DNA of 38,155 bases from a virus (lineage: Duplodnaviria; Caudoviricetes): positions 1 through 38,155 of the IMG/VR virus record IMGVR_UViG_3300022173_000059, one strand, 5' to 3'. Made by a program: the position numbers and the translations under genes. This document shows, one piece after another, positions 14,540 to 24,453 of this stretch (its first letter is position 1; every line of letters begins with the position of its first letter). Under the pieces are notes generated by a model. The model was given only the letters and a program-made list of their open reading frames with translations, had not been told where the DNA came from and searched no databases.

Positions 14540-16871
14540 ACCCAAGGAATCAATCGTTGAGGCGGCAAAGCGCCGCTTTGATGAGGCGCAGGATTTCAAC
14601 AATACCAACCGTGGACTAGCCTTGGAAGACACGCGGTTTGCCATGGGCGACAGTGACAACGGCTGGCAATGGCCGGCTGAGGTGTACCTGAATCGCTCCA
14701 ACGTGCAGAAGAAGCCGTGCCTGACGATCAACACGACCGCGCAGCATTGCAACCAGATCATCAACAACATCCGGCAGAACAGGCCAGCGGCGCGTGTGCT
14801 GGCTGTTGACTCTGGCTCGGACATCAAGACCGCCGAGATTCTGGCCGGCATGATCCGCTCGATTCAGTCTCAGTCGTCGGCTGACACTGCCCATGATCTG
14901 GCCGCAGAGCATGCAATCTACGGTGGCGAGGGCTATTGGCGCGTCATCACGGACTACGAAGACCCGTCATCGTTCAACCAAAACATTCTCATCAAGGCGA
15001 TTCCAAACCCCCGCCTTGTGTTCATTGACCCACACGCTAAGGAGCCTGACCGCTCCGACGCTCGGTGGGGCTTTGTGTTTGAGGACATTTCCAAGCACCA
15101 ATGCGAGGAGGACTATCCCGATCTGGACTGTTCCTCGTGGGGTGACACGGACAAGCGCGGCTGGATTCAGAAGGACACGATCCGCATCGCGGAGTACTTT
15201 TACTGCGACTACGTAGCCGACACGCTGTATTTGCTGGAGAGCGGCCAATCGGTACTCAAGAGTGAGCTTCCCGAAGGGGTGACGGTCAAAGACAAATTCC
15301 TGACGATGCAAGGCCAGTCTGTCGCCATCGTGCAGGAGCGGGAAACCCAGCGCAAACAGTGGAAGTGGTGCAAGCTGGTTGGCGGGTCTGAGAAGCCTAT
15401 CGAGGAACGTGAGTGGCCCGGCCAGTATCTGCCGATCATCACGGTGGTTGGCAAGGAATTGAACGTTGATGGCCAGATCATCCGCAAGGGCATCGTTCGG
15501 GACCTGAAAGACCCGGCGCGTATGGTGAACTACAGCTATTCGGCTGCGGTGGAAACCCTGGCATTGCAGAACAAGGTGCCCTATGTGGCGTCTGCTGAGT
15601 CCATGGAAGGATTTGAGGATATCTGGGGTGTTGCCAACCTCGAAAACCGCTCATACCTGCCATACAACGAATATACGGAGGACGGAAAGCCGCTTAAGCC
15701 TCCTGCACGCCAGCCCCCGGCAGTGATGCCCACGGCCCAGGTGCAGATGCTCCAGCTTTCCACCGAGGAAATGCGTGCAGCTTCTGGACAGCAAAACGCC
15801 AACTTCGGTATCAAGTCCGAGGCTCAGTCAGGTGTGGGTATCCAGCGATTGAAGGTGCAGGGTGAAACCGCGACGTTCCACTTCCCTGACAACCTCGTGC
15901 GCGCTCTGCACTACGAAGCCAAGGTGTTGATTGACCTGATCCCCAAGATCTACGACGCGCCGCGTGTTGTGCGAATCCTTGGGCTTGGTGGTGAGGAATC
16001 AGCCGCTCAACTTGACCCATCCATGGAACAGGCCTACGCCAAGCAAGAGGGAGAGATTAAAGAGGTGTTCAACCCCACGGTCGGCAAATACGATGTGACC
16101 ATTGACACCGGGCCGAGCTTCCAGACCCAGCGCCAAGAGGCCGCAGCGGCATTGACTGAGCTTGCAACCAAGAACCCGCAGCTAATGCAGATCGCGGGTG
16201 ATTTGATCGTGCGCTCCTACGATTTCCCTGGTGCTGATGAGATTGCCAAGCGTCTGCAAAAGGCTTTGCCGCCCGGTATTGGCGATGATGAAGACAACCC
16301 AGAAGCCCAAAAGATGGCGCAAATGGCCCAGCAAATGGAGCAGATGCAGCAGGCCGGCGCGCAATTGGAAGAGCAAGTTGATGAATTGAAGGGCGCGAAA
16401 GAGGAAGCCGTACAGGCCAAACTGTTCGCCGATGCAGAGAAGGCAAAGAACATCAAGCTTGAAACCGAGATCTACCAAATGAAGGCGGTGGACAAGATCA
16501 AGACCGCCGAAGAGGAATTCAAGCAGACTGTATTGCAGGCGCAAACTGATGCACAATTGCAACAGCAAGAAATGCAGGAACAGCAAGAGCAACAGCCTAT
16601 GGAAATACCTGAATTGGCAGAGGCGACAGAGACCATTAAAGGCGTTGCCGAGGCAATGGGTGGTTTGCTTGAGAAACAGGCTTCCGATCAAATGGAGGTC
16701 GCTCAAATCCTCGTGCAAGCTATTCAGGAATCAAGCGCTCAGACTCAAGCCAGTATCCAGCAAATGGCAGAGGCATTGATGGCTGAGCGCAACAAGCCAA
16801 AGACGCTGAAACTCAGTTCCGGCAAGACAATTCAATTCGACCCGCAATCGGGTGTTGTTAAACAGGTGTGA
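14532..16871 (+). CDS. Portal protein (P22 gp1-like) with Gln-rich C-terminal coiled coil
   Basis: WQWP..PCLTIN, GIVRDLKDPARMVNY and GKYDVTIDTGPSFQTQRQEA motifs. Position after terL. Confidence 0.92.
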   Translation: MAKPKESIVEAAKRRFDEAQDFNNTNRGLALEDTRFAMGDSDNGWQWPAEVYLNRSNVQKKPCLTINTTAQHCNQIINNIRQNRPAARVLAVDSGSDIKTAEILAGMIRSIQSQSSADTAHDLAAEHAIYGGEGYWRVITDYEDPSSFNQNILIKAIPNPRLVFIDPHAKEPDRSDARWGFVFEDISKHQCEEDYPDLDCSSWGDTDKRGWIQKDTIRIAEYFYCDYVADTLYLLESGQSVLKSELPEGVTVKDKFLTMQGQSVAIVQERETQRKQWKWCKLVGGSEKPIEEREWPGQYLPIITVVGKELNVDGQIIRKGIVRDLKDPARMVNYSYSAAVETLALQNKVPYVASAESMEGFEDIWGVANLENRSYLPYNEYTEDGKPLKPPARQPPAVMPTAQVQMLQLSTEEMRAASGQQNANFGIKSEAQSGVGIQRLKVQGETATFHFPDNLVRALHYEAKVLIDLIPKIYDAPRVVRILGLGGEESAAQLDPSMEQAYAKQEGEIKEVFNPTVGKYDVTIDTGPSFQTQRQEAAAALTELATKNPQLMQIAGDLIVRSYDFPGADEIAKRLQKALPPGIGDDEDNPEAQKMAQMAQQMEQMQQAGAQLEEQVDELKGAKEEAVQAKLFADAEKAKNIKLETEIYQMKAVDKIKTAEEEFKQTVLQAQTDAQLQQQEMQEQQEQQPMEIPELAEATETIKGVAEAMGGLLEKQASDQMEVAQILVQAIQESSAQTQASIQQMAEALMAERNKPKTLKLSSGKTIQFDPQSGVVKQV

Positions 16872-16872
16872 T

Positions 16873-17028
16873 ATGAATGATTTGATTGGCCAAGAGGCTG
16901 TTATGTTCGCGACAATTCAGGTCACCCGAGCCGCAACTGGCGAGGTTGAAGAGTTTCAATTGACTGGCTATCCGATGAAGGAAGAGCCGAAACAAATGGG
17001 CGATGAGCCCGAAAAGGAAGAAGCATGA
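16873..17028 (+). CDS. Small hypothetical protein (51 aa, not in ORF track)
   Basis: MNDLIGQEAVMFATIQVTRAATGEVEEFQL..., ATGA overlap. Confidence 0.6.
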   Translation: MNDLIGQEAVMFATIQVTRAATGEVEEFQLTGYPMKEEPKQMGDEPEKEEA

Positions 17029-17222
17029 GCGAACACGATGCAAAGGGCGGAGAAAACACAGAGCCGGAAGAAGGCGGTCAAGTCGGCATCACCTCTACCG
17101 TTGAGGTTTCCGGTTCCATGACCATTCGCACCTATTCTGATGGAGCAGTCCAGCGCAATGTGTGGGCGAGCACGGCGCTGGCGCAAGAGTACGCGGCATC
17201 CGTTAAAGAGCAAGAGGCTTAA
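17025..17222 (+). CDS. Small hypothetical protein
   Basis: 65 aa, in the operon chain. Confidence 0.55.
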   Translation: MSEHDAKGGENTEPEEGGQVGITSTVEVSGSMTIRTYSDGAVQRNVWASTALAQEYAASVKEQEA

Positions 17223-17224
17223 TC

Positions 17225-17614
17225 ATGTCGACTACCCACAGCACGGCTGCACGGAACGCAGCAACCGACGCAGTTACCGCACTGATTGGCGCATCTGGCA
17301 ACTTGGCATTCCGCCTGACCGGCACAGTTGGTTCTCCCGGTGCCATTGCCGCTACTCTGGCACTGTCCGCAACCGCATTCGGCGCATCGTCGAGTGGCAC
17401 GGCAACGGCCAACGCGATCACGACGAACACTAACGTCGCCGGCAATGCTTCTCCTGTGGCTACGGCAACGCTCCAAACCTCTGGCGGCACTGTGGTGATC
17501 CATTGCGCTGTGGCGGCGTCCGCGAGCGACATCAACCTTACGAACGGTTTGACGCTTGCCGCTGGCGATACTGTGAGCTGTTCGAGCCTGACCTACACCG
17601 CCCTGAGCGCGTAA
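17225..17614 (+). CDS. Putative virion structural/decoration protein
   Basis: A/T/S/G-rich beta-type 129-aa protein in the head operon. Confidence 0.65.
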   Translation: MSTTHSTAARNAATDAVTALIGASGNLAFRLTGTVGSPGAIAATLALSATAFGASSSGTATANAITTNTNVAGNASPVATATLQTSGGTVVIHCAVAASASDINLTNGLTLAAGDTVSCSSLTYTALSA

Positions 17615-17624
17615 GGGGAACCGC

Positions 17625-19280
17625 GTGGCCACCCCGACGCTCATTAGCGTCAGTAACGTCGCGCTCCCAAACCTCGCGGACTCGGGAAACGTTGCCGTAA
17701 CAATCCCGTCTGGCGCAAATGCTTGCGTCATTGGGGGGACGTACTACGTTACAGATTCGAGCGTAATCACCAGCATTACGGGTTCTGTTTTCTCGTCCAC
17801 AACCAATGGCGGACTGAGGGTAAACAACCCGACTGGTGGGACGTACATGGGCAGCTATGCCCAAGCGTTCAAGGTCACTGCGACCGGATCGCAGACCGTG
17901 AGGGTTCAGAAGACCGGCAACTACTCCGAAGGCCCAACCTGTCAAATCGGCTGGTTCACGGTTGACGATGCTGACAACTTCGTTCCTAGCGGGGGCTTCT
18001 CAGTTGTCCAACAGACCGGGTCCCCCCAAGCCTTGGCGGCAACGGTTAACAGTAATTCGACCGATTACGTGTTTGGCATGTTCGGCACGGACGGCAGCTC
18101 GGCAGACCCGACCGCGCCGACTGGCACGACCCTACAAGGGACGATGCAGACGACGCAGTTTGACAAGTCGATTGCGTTCTCGGTCAACTCGCCTGGAGCG
18201 TCTACGACGACGGTCACGGCAGGGTCAAGAGATTTCCCTAGCCTATGCCTGATTTCTCTTAGGGGCACAGGAGGTGGGCCAACCTCGCATGCGTCGTCTG
18301 GTGCATTGGTCGGCCCCGGTGCAGTTGTTGCAGGCACAGCAGCAAGAACCAGGGCGCATGGCGCTACAGGTGCTTTAACCGGTCCTGGCTCCGCCATTGT
18401 AGGAAGCGCCAGGCACAACATACCGCATGCATCCAGCGGCGATCTGGTGGGGCCTGGCTCTACTCTGTCAGGTGCGGCGGCACGAACCAGGCAACACGCA
18501 TCTTCGGGTGACTTGATCGGCCCAGGCTCAACAGTCGTTGGCGCAGCAGCTAGAACGCGCGCCCACGCCTCAAGCGGAGCGCTAACTGGCCCAGGCTCCG
18601 AAGTGGTTGGAGTTGCCGCAAGGACTCGACAGCACGATTCTTCTGGTGCGCTGACTGGACCGGGCGCAATCATCGTTGGAGCTGCTGACCATCAAGCCGC
18701 AGCGGGCAGCCATTATGCTACAGGCGCGCTAGTTGGCCTTGGATCAGTCATAGCGGGTTCGGCTTCACGCAAGCGCACGTTCGCATCGTCTGGCGCGCTG
18801 GTAGGTCCGGGTGCCATCGTCACCGGCTCGGCCGCGCGTGTGGCTGGATCTGTATCGCATGACGCTACAGGATCTTTGGTCGGCCCCGGTTCTATCATCA
18901 ATGGCACCGCTGCAAGAGCCAACCCGCCAGTCTCACACAATGCAACCGGCGCTCTAATAGGCCCAGGGTCTATTGTTGTTGGCGAGGCCCGAAATGGAGC
19001 GGAAGAACCACAGGTTGGGATTTTCTGGCCTCCATTCTGGTGGTACAAAAACGAGGAATTGGAAGAAGAGCTGGAAAAGCTCGCTCCTGAGGTTAAAGAG
19101 GTCATCATTGAGGCTGCTGAAAAGGCAATTAATGATGAGCCTGTCGAGATTCGCGCCGAATTGAAGAAAGAAAAGATTCGATACCGCAATCAATACAAAG
19201 AAATCTACTTGCGAATTGTCGAAGAAATGCGACAATCCGAGGAAGATGAGGAAATTGCAGCAATAGTTGCATTCCTTTGA
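17625..19280 (+). CDS. Repeat-containing putative head fibre/adhesin
   Basis: N-terminal beta-rich domain, ten 23-26-aa repeats, and a charged C-terminus ending EEDEEIAAIVAFL. Confidence 0.7.
   Translation: MATPTLISVSNVALPNLADSGNVAVTIPSGANACVIGGTYYVTDSSVITSITGSVFSSTTNGGLRVNNPTGGTYMGSYAQAFKVTATGSQTVRVQKTGNYSEGPTCQIGWFTVDDADNFVPSGGFSVVQQTGSPQALAATVNSNSTDYVFGMFGTDGSSADPTAPTGTTLQGTMQTTQFDKSIAFSVNSPGASTTTVTAGSRDFPSLCLISLRGTGGGPTSHASSGALVGPGAVVAGTAARTRAHGATGALTGPGSAIVGSARHNIPHASSGDLVGPGSTLSGAAARTRQHASSGDLIGPGSTVVGAAARTRAHASSGALTGPGSEVVGVAARTRQHDSSGALTGPGAIIVGAADHQAAAGSHYATGALVGLGSVIAGSASRKRTFASSGALVGPGAIVTGSAARVAGSVSHDATGSLVGPGSIINGTAARANPPVSHNATGALIGPGSIVVGEARNGAEEPQVGIFWPPFWWYKNEELEEELEKLAPEVKEVIIEAAEKAINDEPVEIRAELKKEKIRYRNQYKEIYLRIVEEMRQSEEDEEIAAIVAFL
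18288..18992 (+). repeat. Ten tandem coding repeats HxxSGALxGPGxxxxGxAxR
   Basis: Read directly from the translation. The repeats are diverged at the DNA level. Confidence 0.9.
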
Positions 19281-19348
19281 TCCCAGCAATGGGCGTTACC
19301 GGTCGTAACCGGGTCTGGCTTAATCGCCATCCTTTCAGAAGGTAAAGC

Positions 19349-20110
19349 ATGTCTGGTGAGCAAGAGGTAGTTAGTACCGAGAACCCGGGATCTGTACCGG
19401 AAAACACAGAAACTCCAAAGGACGTGACGGCCACGCCAGAGGAAGTAGTAGAGCAGCCGGTCGCCAAGGTCTACTCGGAAGAGGAAGTCCAAGAGCGGAT
19501 TGAAAGAGCTACTGCAAAGGCCGCCGCCAAAGCAGAGCGAAGGGCATTTCGGGAAGCAGCAGAAGCGCTCCAGCGCCAGCCAGCCCACCAACAGCAGCCC
19601 GTTGATGACAAGCCTTCCCGCGCTCAATACGCGGATGACGAGTCTTACATTGATGCGGTGACTGATTGGAAGCTGGACCAGCGTGAACGTGTGTCGAATC
19701 AGTCGAAAGCAGTCGAGGCCCAAAAGTCCACGGCTGAAAAGACGGAATCGATGTACAAGGAAGCGGCGAAACTGCCAGGATTTGACCGTGAGGAATTCGA
19801 TGAATTGCCGATTACTCGGCCAATTGCCAAATTCCTAATGGAGTCGTCCGTTTCTGACAAAGTGATGGCTTACATGACCGCGAATGCGGAAGAAGTTGAG
19901 CGCATCGCCGGCCTTAGCGAAGTCAGGCAGGTTGCCGAAATGGGCAAATTGGAGGCTAAACTCTCCAGTGTGACCGTGAAGACGACAAAGGCTCCTGCAC
20001 CTATCAATCCTGTTGGTGCTGGGTCAACCCAGAGTAGGGAATTGAGTAAACTGTCCACTGCCGATTACATCGAGCAGAGGAAGAAACAAAACCCGATCTG
20101 GTCTCGGTAA
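19349..20110 (+). CDS. Scaffolding protein
   Basis: Acidic helical protein with EMGKLEAKL...KAPAPINPV, directly before the coat gene. Confidence 0.85.
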   Translation: MSGEQEVVSTENPGSVPENTETPKDVTATPEEVVEQPVAKVYSEEEVQERIERATAKAAAKAERRAFREAAEALQRQPAHQQQPVDDKPSRAQYADDESYIDAVTDWKLDQRERVSNQSKAVEAQKSTAEKTESMYKEAAKLPGFDREEFDELPITRPIAKFLMESSVSDKVMAYMTANAEEVERIAGLSEVRQVAEMGKLEAKLSSVTVKTTKAPAPINPVGAGSTQSRELSKLSTADYIEQRKKQNPIWSR

Positions 20111-20112
20111 AT

Positions 20113-20166
20113 AATTGGGCCTCATCGCAGGGATGCGCCGGGCCAATTTCTAACGCAGAGATGCGC
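20113..20166 (+). promoter_or_regulatory. Tandem GNRA-capped hairpins in the coat leader
   Basis: CGCA-GGGA-TGCG (20126) and CGCA-GAGA-TGCG (20154), just before the RBS. Confidence 0.55.
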
Positions 20167-20180
20167 TGAAAGGTAAAGAC

Positions 20181-21398
20181 ATGTCCAATACTTTGGTCAC
20201 TTGCTCCATCGTGGCGAAGGAATCGCTTGCGATTCTGGAGAACATGCTGGGCTTCTCGAAGAACGTGAACCGCGACTATGAAAGCGAATTCACCTCAAAT
20301 ATGGACCGCGGCTATGCCCCGGGCCAAACCATCAACATCAAGCGCCCTCCACGGTATACGTACCGCGCTGGACGTGTTGCTGTCCCCCAGTCCACCGTTG
20401 AAACGACCGTTCCGCTGACGCTGAATCAAGGCGGCTGCGATATCAACTTCACTTCCGCCGAGCGCACCCTGTCGCTGACCAAGCTGGAAGACAAGCTGAT
20501 GGCCGCTATCGCCCCGGTGTGCAACGAGATCGACCGCCAAGGCCTGGCTCTCGCGCATTACTCGGTTTACAACTTGGTGAACCCGGCCGGCGCGCTGCCG
20601 AACACTGCTGCAACCGCCATCGCAGCCATGGCTGACATGAACCGTCGCCTTGACGAGATGGCCGCTCCCCGCGACCGTCGCCGCGCTCTGGTGATGAATC
20701 CAGCCCTCAACGGCGCTCTGATTCAAGGCTTCGGCGGCTACTTCAACAGCCAAGCCACGATCAGCACCCAGAACCGCACGGGCCTGATGAGCAACCAGAA
20801 CTTCGGTTTTGACAACGTCGCTCTCGACCAGAACGTTGACGTCCACACCAACGGCGCAGCAACCGCGACCAACATCGCAGGCGCGAACCAGACCGGTTCT
20901 AGCGTCACTGTGGTGGCTGTGGCTGGTGGCACGCTGACCCGTGGTACCGTCATCACCCTGCCTGGCGTGTTCGCTGTCAACCCGCAATCGCGTCAATCGA
21001 CTGGTGTTCTGGCTGACTTCGTGGTGACGGCAGACGTCCTTGTCGGCGCTACCTCGATCCCAATTAGCCCGGCCATCGTTCCTTCTGGTGCATTCCAGAA
21101 CGTGACCGCCTCGCCAACGACTGCACAGCCCTACGTGATCCGTGGTGCTGCATCGACCGCCTACGGCACCAACGTCGCCTATCACAAGGATGCTTTCACC
21201 CTGGCCATGGTGCCTATGTGGATGCCTCCCAAGACCGGCGTTATGGACGTGGCGCAAGAAACGCACCAAGGCATGACCGTGAAGGTCACTCAGGTGTATG
21301 ACGGCGTGAACGACAACTCGCTGATGCGTATTGACGTGCTGTTTGGCTGGGCCGCGACCTATCCCGAACTCGCCGTGAAGTTCTACAGCGTCCAGTAA
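20181..21398 (+). CDS. Major capsid protein (P22 gp5-like)
   Basis: 405 aa, NVAYHKDAFTLA and RIDVLFGW...PE C-terminal motifs of the P22 coat family. Confidence 0.92.
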   Translation: MSNTLVTCSIVAKESLAILENMLGFSKNVNRDYESEFTSNMDRGYAPGQTINIKRPPRYTYRAGRVAVPQSTVETTVPLTLNQGGCDINFTSAERTLSLTKLEDKLMAAIAPVCNEIDRQGLALAHYSVYNLVNPAGALPNTAATAIAAMADMNRRLDEMAAPRDRRRALVMNPALNGALIQGFGGYFNSQATISTQNRTGLMSNQNFGFDNVALDQNVDVHTNGAATATNIAGANQTGSSVTVVAVAGGTLTRGTVITLPGVFAVNPQSRQSTGVLADFVVTADVLVGATSIPISPAIVPSGAFQNVTASPTTAQPYVIRGAASTAYGTNVAYHKDAFTLAMVPMWMPPKTGVMDVAQETHQGMTVKVTQVYDGVNDNSLMRIDVLFGWAATYPELAVKFYSVQ

Positions 21399-21418
21399 CC
21401 CAAAAAGGAAACAAAATC

Positions 21419-21820
21419 ATGGCTGTCCTTCTGAATCGCGCATACGCGAACTACCCTGCTAACGCAGTTGTCGAGCTGTCCGCAGAACTTGAAGCCAATC
21501 TGATCGCTCAAGGCCTGGCTGCTCGTGCTCTGGCTACCGCCATCACGACCGGCGCACAGACCACCAGCGCCTTTGCGGGCACTGCTGCAATTGCCATCGG
21601 CGCGGCTTCTGTGGTCATCACAAACCCCAATATCACCGAGAACAGCAAGGTGTGGGCGTGCGTGAACCAGGCGGCTGCCGATAGCACCCTGCTGCGGGTG
21701 GAGCGAATCGTTCCGGCCGCGGGCTTGGTGACGATCTACGGCACCGCCGCTGCTACGGCCATCACCTATGTTGATTGGGCTTTGCTCCAGCCTCCTGGCC
21801 TGACGCCTGCCATCTCCTAA
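21419..21820 (+). CDS. Putative head decoration/cement protein
   Basis: Ala/Thr-rich 133-aa protein after the coat gene, strong RBS. Confidence 0.6.
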   Translation: MAVLLNRAYANYPANAVVELSAELEANLIAQGLAARALATAITTGAQTTSAFAGTAAIAIGAASVVITNPNITENSKVWACVNQAAADSTLLRVERIVPAAGLVTIYGTAAATAITYVDWALLQPPGLTPAIS

Positions 21821-21825
21821 GCAAC

Positions 21826-21858
21826 TGCCCCCGGCTAACAAGGCTGGGGGCACCCTTT
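21826..21858 (+). terminator. Hairpin, possible terminator after capsid genes
   Basis: TGCCCCC...GGGGGCA stem with only a weak T tract. Confidence 0.4.
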
Positions 21859-21869
21859 AAGGGGAAGCA

Positions 21870-22565
21870 ATGACCGCTCTAGATCTCATCAAGCGGGCAA
21901 TGCGCCAGCTAGGTGTTTATTCCATTGGTGAAGAACCATCCGCAGATGAGGCGCAAACCGGCCTCGATGCGCTTAACGCTATGCTTGATTCTTGGGCGAC
22001 GGAGAATCTTTTCGTCCATGCCAAGACCCTTGATATTGTCCCCGTCATCTCAGGGCAAGCAAGTTTCACGGTTGGCCCGACTGGCACTGTTGCCGGTCCT
22101 CGCCCCGTCACCATTGATTCCTCGTCCTACGTTCTCTATCAGAACGTTTCCTACCCGCTCGCGAAGTGGGCGGATGCTGACTATCAACTGATTTCCCTCA
22201 AGGGTCAGATTCTCGGCATCCCGTGCGGGATTTGGCCGTTGATGACGTTCCCCGACGCACAGGTAACCATGTGGCCGATTCCTTCGGCATCCATGGACGT
22301 TTATCTGTGGTCAAACAAGCTCATTACCTCGTTTCCAGACCTTACGACGGTTGTAGAACTTCCGCCAGGCTATGAGCGCGCCATTGTTTTCTCTCTCGCA
22401 GAGGAAATCGCGCCTGAGTATGAGGTTGAGCCATCGCGCACAGTAGTTATTAAAGCGGCTCAAGGGCGAAAGAATATCAAGCGGATTAACACTCAGGTTC
22501 CGCTCATGCAGATGCCATATGGCATTCCTAACGCCAACAACTACACGAATGGGCGATTGCTGTGA
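21870..22565 (+). CDS. Head-to-tail adaptor (P22 gp4-like)
   Basis: TALDLIKRAMRQLGV..GEEP, LNAMLDSW and LPPGYERAI motifs. Confidence 0.8.
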   Translation: MTALDLIKRAMRQLGVYSIGEEPSADEAQTGLDALNAMLDSWATENLFVHAKTLDIVPVISGQASFTVGPTGTVAGPRPVTIDSSSYVLYQNVSYPLAKWADADYQLISLKGQILGIPCGIWPLMTFPDAQVTMWPIPSASMDVYLWSNKLITSFPDLTTVVELPPGYERAIVFSLAEEIAPEYEVEPSRTVVIKAAQGRKNIKRINTQVPLMQMPYGIPNANNYTNGRLL

Positions 22566-24190
22566 ACCTTCGTCCCGTCCCGCTCTTTGGCCTTGGCAAT
22601 CAAGGCAAGTCGGTCAACGTCAACGCGCAGCAGCGGACCAACCTCTATTGCCAGATAGAAGCTGATCCCGAAAAGAACGTGGTGACGATGTACCCGACAC
22701 CGGGGCTTACTACGTTTGTGAACTTCGGGGCGAATCCCTGCCGTGCTTTGTATGCCAAGGGGGATTTCATCTACGCAGTGAATCGAGACACCTTCTGGCG
22801 CATCTCCAACGATGGCACGTTGACCAACCTTGGAACGCTTCTAACCACGGGTGGCCGCTGCGATATCACCGATAACGGGTTCCAGATTTTCATAGTGGAT
22901 AACCCTAATGGGTATATCTACACACTCATTGACCCGCAGACAATCAACACCATTACCCGAGTAGGTACGCTGGCGACTTTGACGACAGCGCAGGACCATG
23001 GGCTGTCTACCGGAATGCAGGTAACGATTTCCGGGGCATTGCCGGCTCAATACAACGGAACGTATACCGTGACCGTGACGGGCTTAACGACGTTCACTTA
23101 TGTCATGGCATCAGACCCAGGGTCTAGCGCGGCTCCTGCTGGCTCCTACGTCATTACATCGGGGTTTGTGCAGGTCACAGACGCAGGGTTCCAAGGCGCG
23201 CAGACATGCACGTTCTTGAATGGCTATTTTGTGGTGACGGTGCCAGATACAGGACGCTTCCAGATTTCTGGCTTGTATCAGGGAACGACATGGGATGCGC
23301 TGGACTTCGCCACGGCGGAGAGTTCACCCGATAACCTTGTCCGCGTGATTGCCGAGAATGGGCAGTTGGTGCTATTCGGTGAATCGACCACGGAATTCTG
23401 GGGAGATAGCGGAGCTGCTGATTTCCCATTTGCAAGAATTGGTGCATCGGCCATTGAATGGGGGTTGGCTGCGCGCTGGAGTCTGACGAAATACATGGAT
23501 TCGCTCATGTTCCTTCGGCGCAATCGATTGGGTCAAGTTCAGGTTTGTGCATTGCAGGGCTATAACGCCGCACAAGTCTCGACGCCTGATCTTGATTTCC
23601 GAATGTCTCAATACGATGCGATTGAAGATGCGACAGCGTTCTCTTACATGCTGGCCGGCCATCCTTTCTATACCATCAGTTTCCCAACTGGGGATGCGAC
23701 ATGGGAATATGACGGCCAATCAAAGGCATGGGGTACTCGCATGTCTGGCGAGCAGGGCCGATATAGGGGTGAGATTCAAACGAACTACTTAAACCGATCC
23801 TATGTCTCTGATTCAGACAATGGGAAGGTTTATTTGATTGATGAATCGGTTTACACGGATGATGGCGAAACCATTGTTCGTCAATTCATCAGCAGGCATC
23901 AAACCATTGGCGATTACACGCGATTCCCGCAAATCTGGATTGAAATGCAGGCGGGAGTTGGATTGGTGTCCGGCCAAGGAGAATCCCCAAAAATGATGTT
24001 TTCTGTTAGCCGAGATGGAGGCCATACATACGGTGCAGAAGTTGTTCGATCAATTGGAAAAATAGGCGAATACAAACACCGTGCCGTATTTAATCGTGTC
24101 GGCCGCTCCCGTGACTGGTTATATAAATTTCGCATCACAGACCCCGTGAATACGGTATTCGTAGCTGCCTGGGCTAGGGTGAGCAAATAA
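22562..24190 (+). CDS. Tail hub / DNA stabilisation protein (P22 gp10-like)
   Basis: PTPGL, FATAESSPD, FGESTTEFW, SRDGGHT and ITDPV motifs. Confidence 0.88.
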   Translation: MNLRPVPLFGLGNQGKSVNVNAQQRTNLYCQIEADPEKNVVTMYPTPGLTTFVNFGANPCRALYAKGDFIYAVNRDTFWRISNDGTLTNLGTLLTTGGRCDITDNGFQIFIVDNPNGYIYTLIDPQTINTITRVGTLATLTTAQDHGLSTGMQVTISGALPAQYNGTYTVTVTGLTTFTYVMASDPGSSAAPAGSYVITSGFVQVTDAGFQGAQTCTFLNGYFVVTVPDTGRFQISGLYQGTTWDALDFATAESSPDNLVRVIAENGQLVLFGESTTEFWGDSGAADFPFARIGASAIEWGLAARWSLTKYMDSLMFLRRNRLGQVQVCALQGYNAAQVSTPDLDFRMSQYDAIEDATAFSYMLAGHPFYTISFPTGDATWEYDGQSKAWGTRMSGEQGRYRGEIQTNYLNRSYVSDSDNGKVYLIDESVYTDDGETIVRQFISRHQTIGDYTRFPQIWIEMQAGVGLVSGQGESPKMMFSVSRDGGHTYGAEVVRSIGKIGEYKHRAVFNRVGRSRDWLYKFRITDPVNTVFVAAWARVSK

Positions 24191-24453
24191 TGGCAACACG
24201 CAAAGGCTCTGCACTACCCGATAGCGGTCCTATCATGGACGTCTCGGGTAATTTCTCCCCACAATGGGGAACGTGGTTCACGCAAACCGATGCATCAGCA
24301 TCATCCCTGCGTCAATCTGGCCCTACTGCTGATAGGCCAGTTTCTGTATTGTGGATAGGACGCTTCTTTTACGATACGACGCTTAATAAGCCGGTATACG
24401 TGTCATCTGTCAATCCAACTGTTTGGCGCGATGCCATGTCCAATATCGTATGA
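24190..24453 (+). CDS. Small tail-associated protein
   Basis: SGPTADRP...FFYDTTLNKPV...WRDA motif seen in phage tail proteins. Confidence 0.65.
   Translation: MATRKGSALPDSGPIMDVSGNFSPQWGTWFTQTDASASSLRQSGPTADRPVSVLWIGRFFYDTTLNKPVYVSSVNPTVWRDAMSNIV

Noticed and set aside
18288-18992. Tandem repeats as a CRISPR array
   Set aside because: The repeats are conserved as protein, degenerate as DNA, in frame, and have no spacers or cas genes.
20295-21269. 324-aa antisense ORF, and similar ones opposite portal and ejection genes
   Set aside because: These are shadow frames caused by codon bias in strongly supported plus-strand genes.
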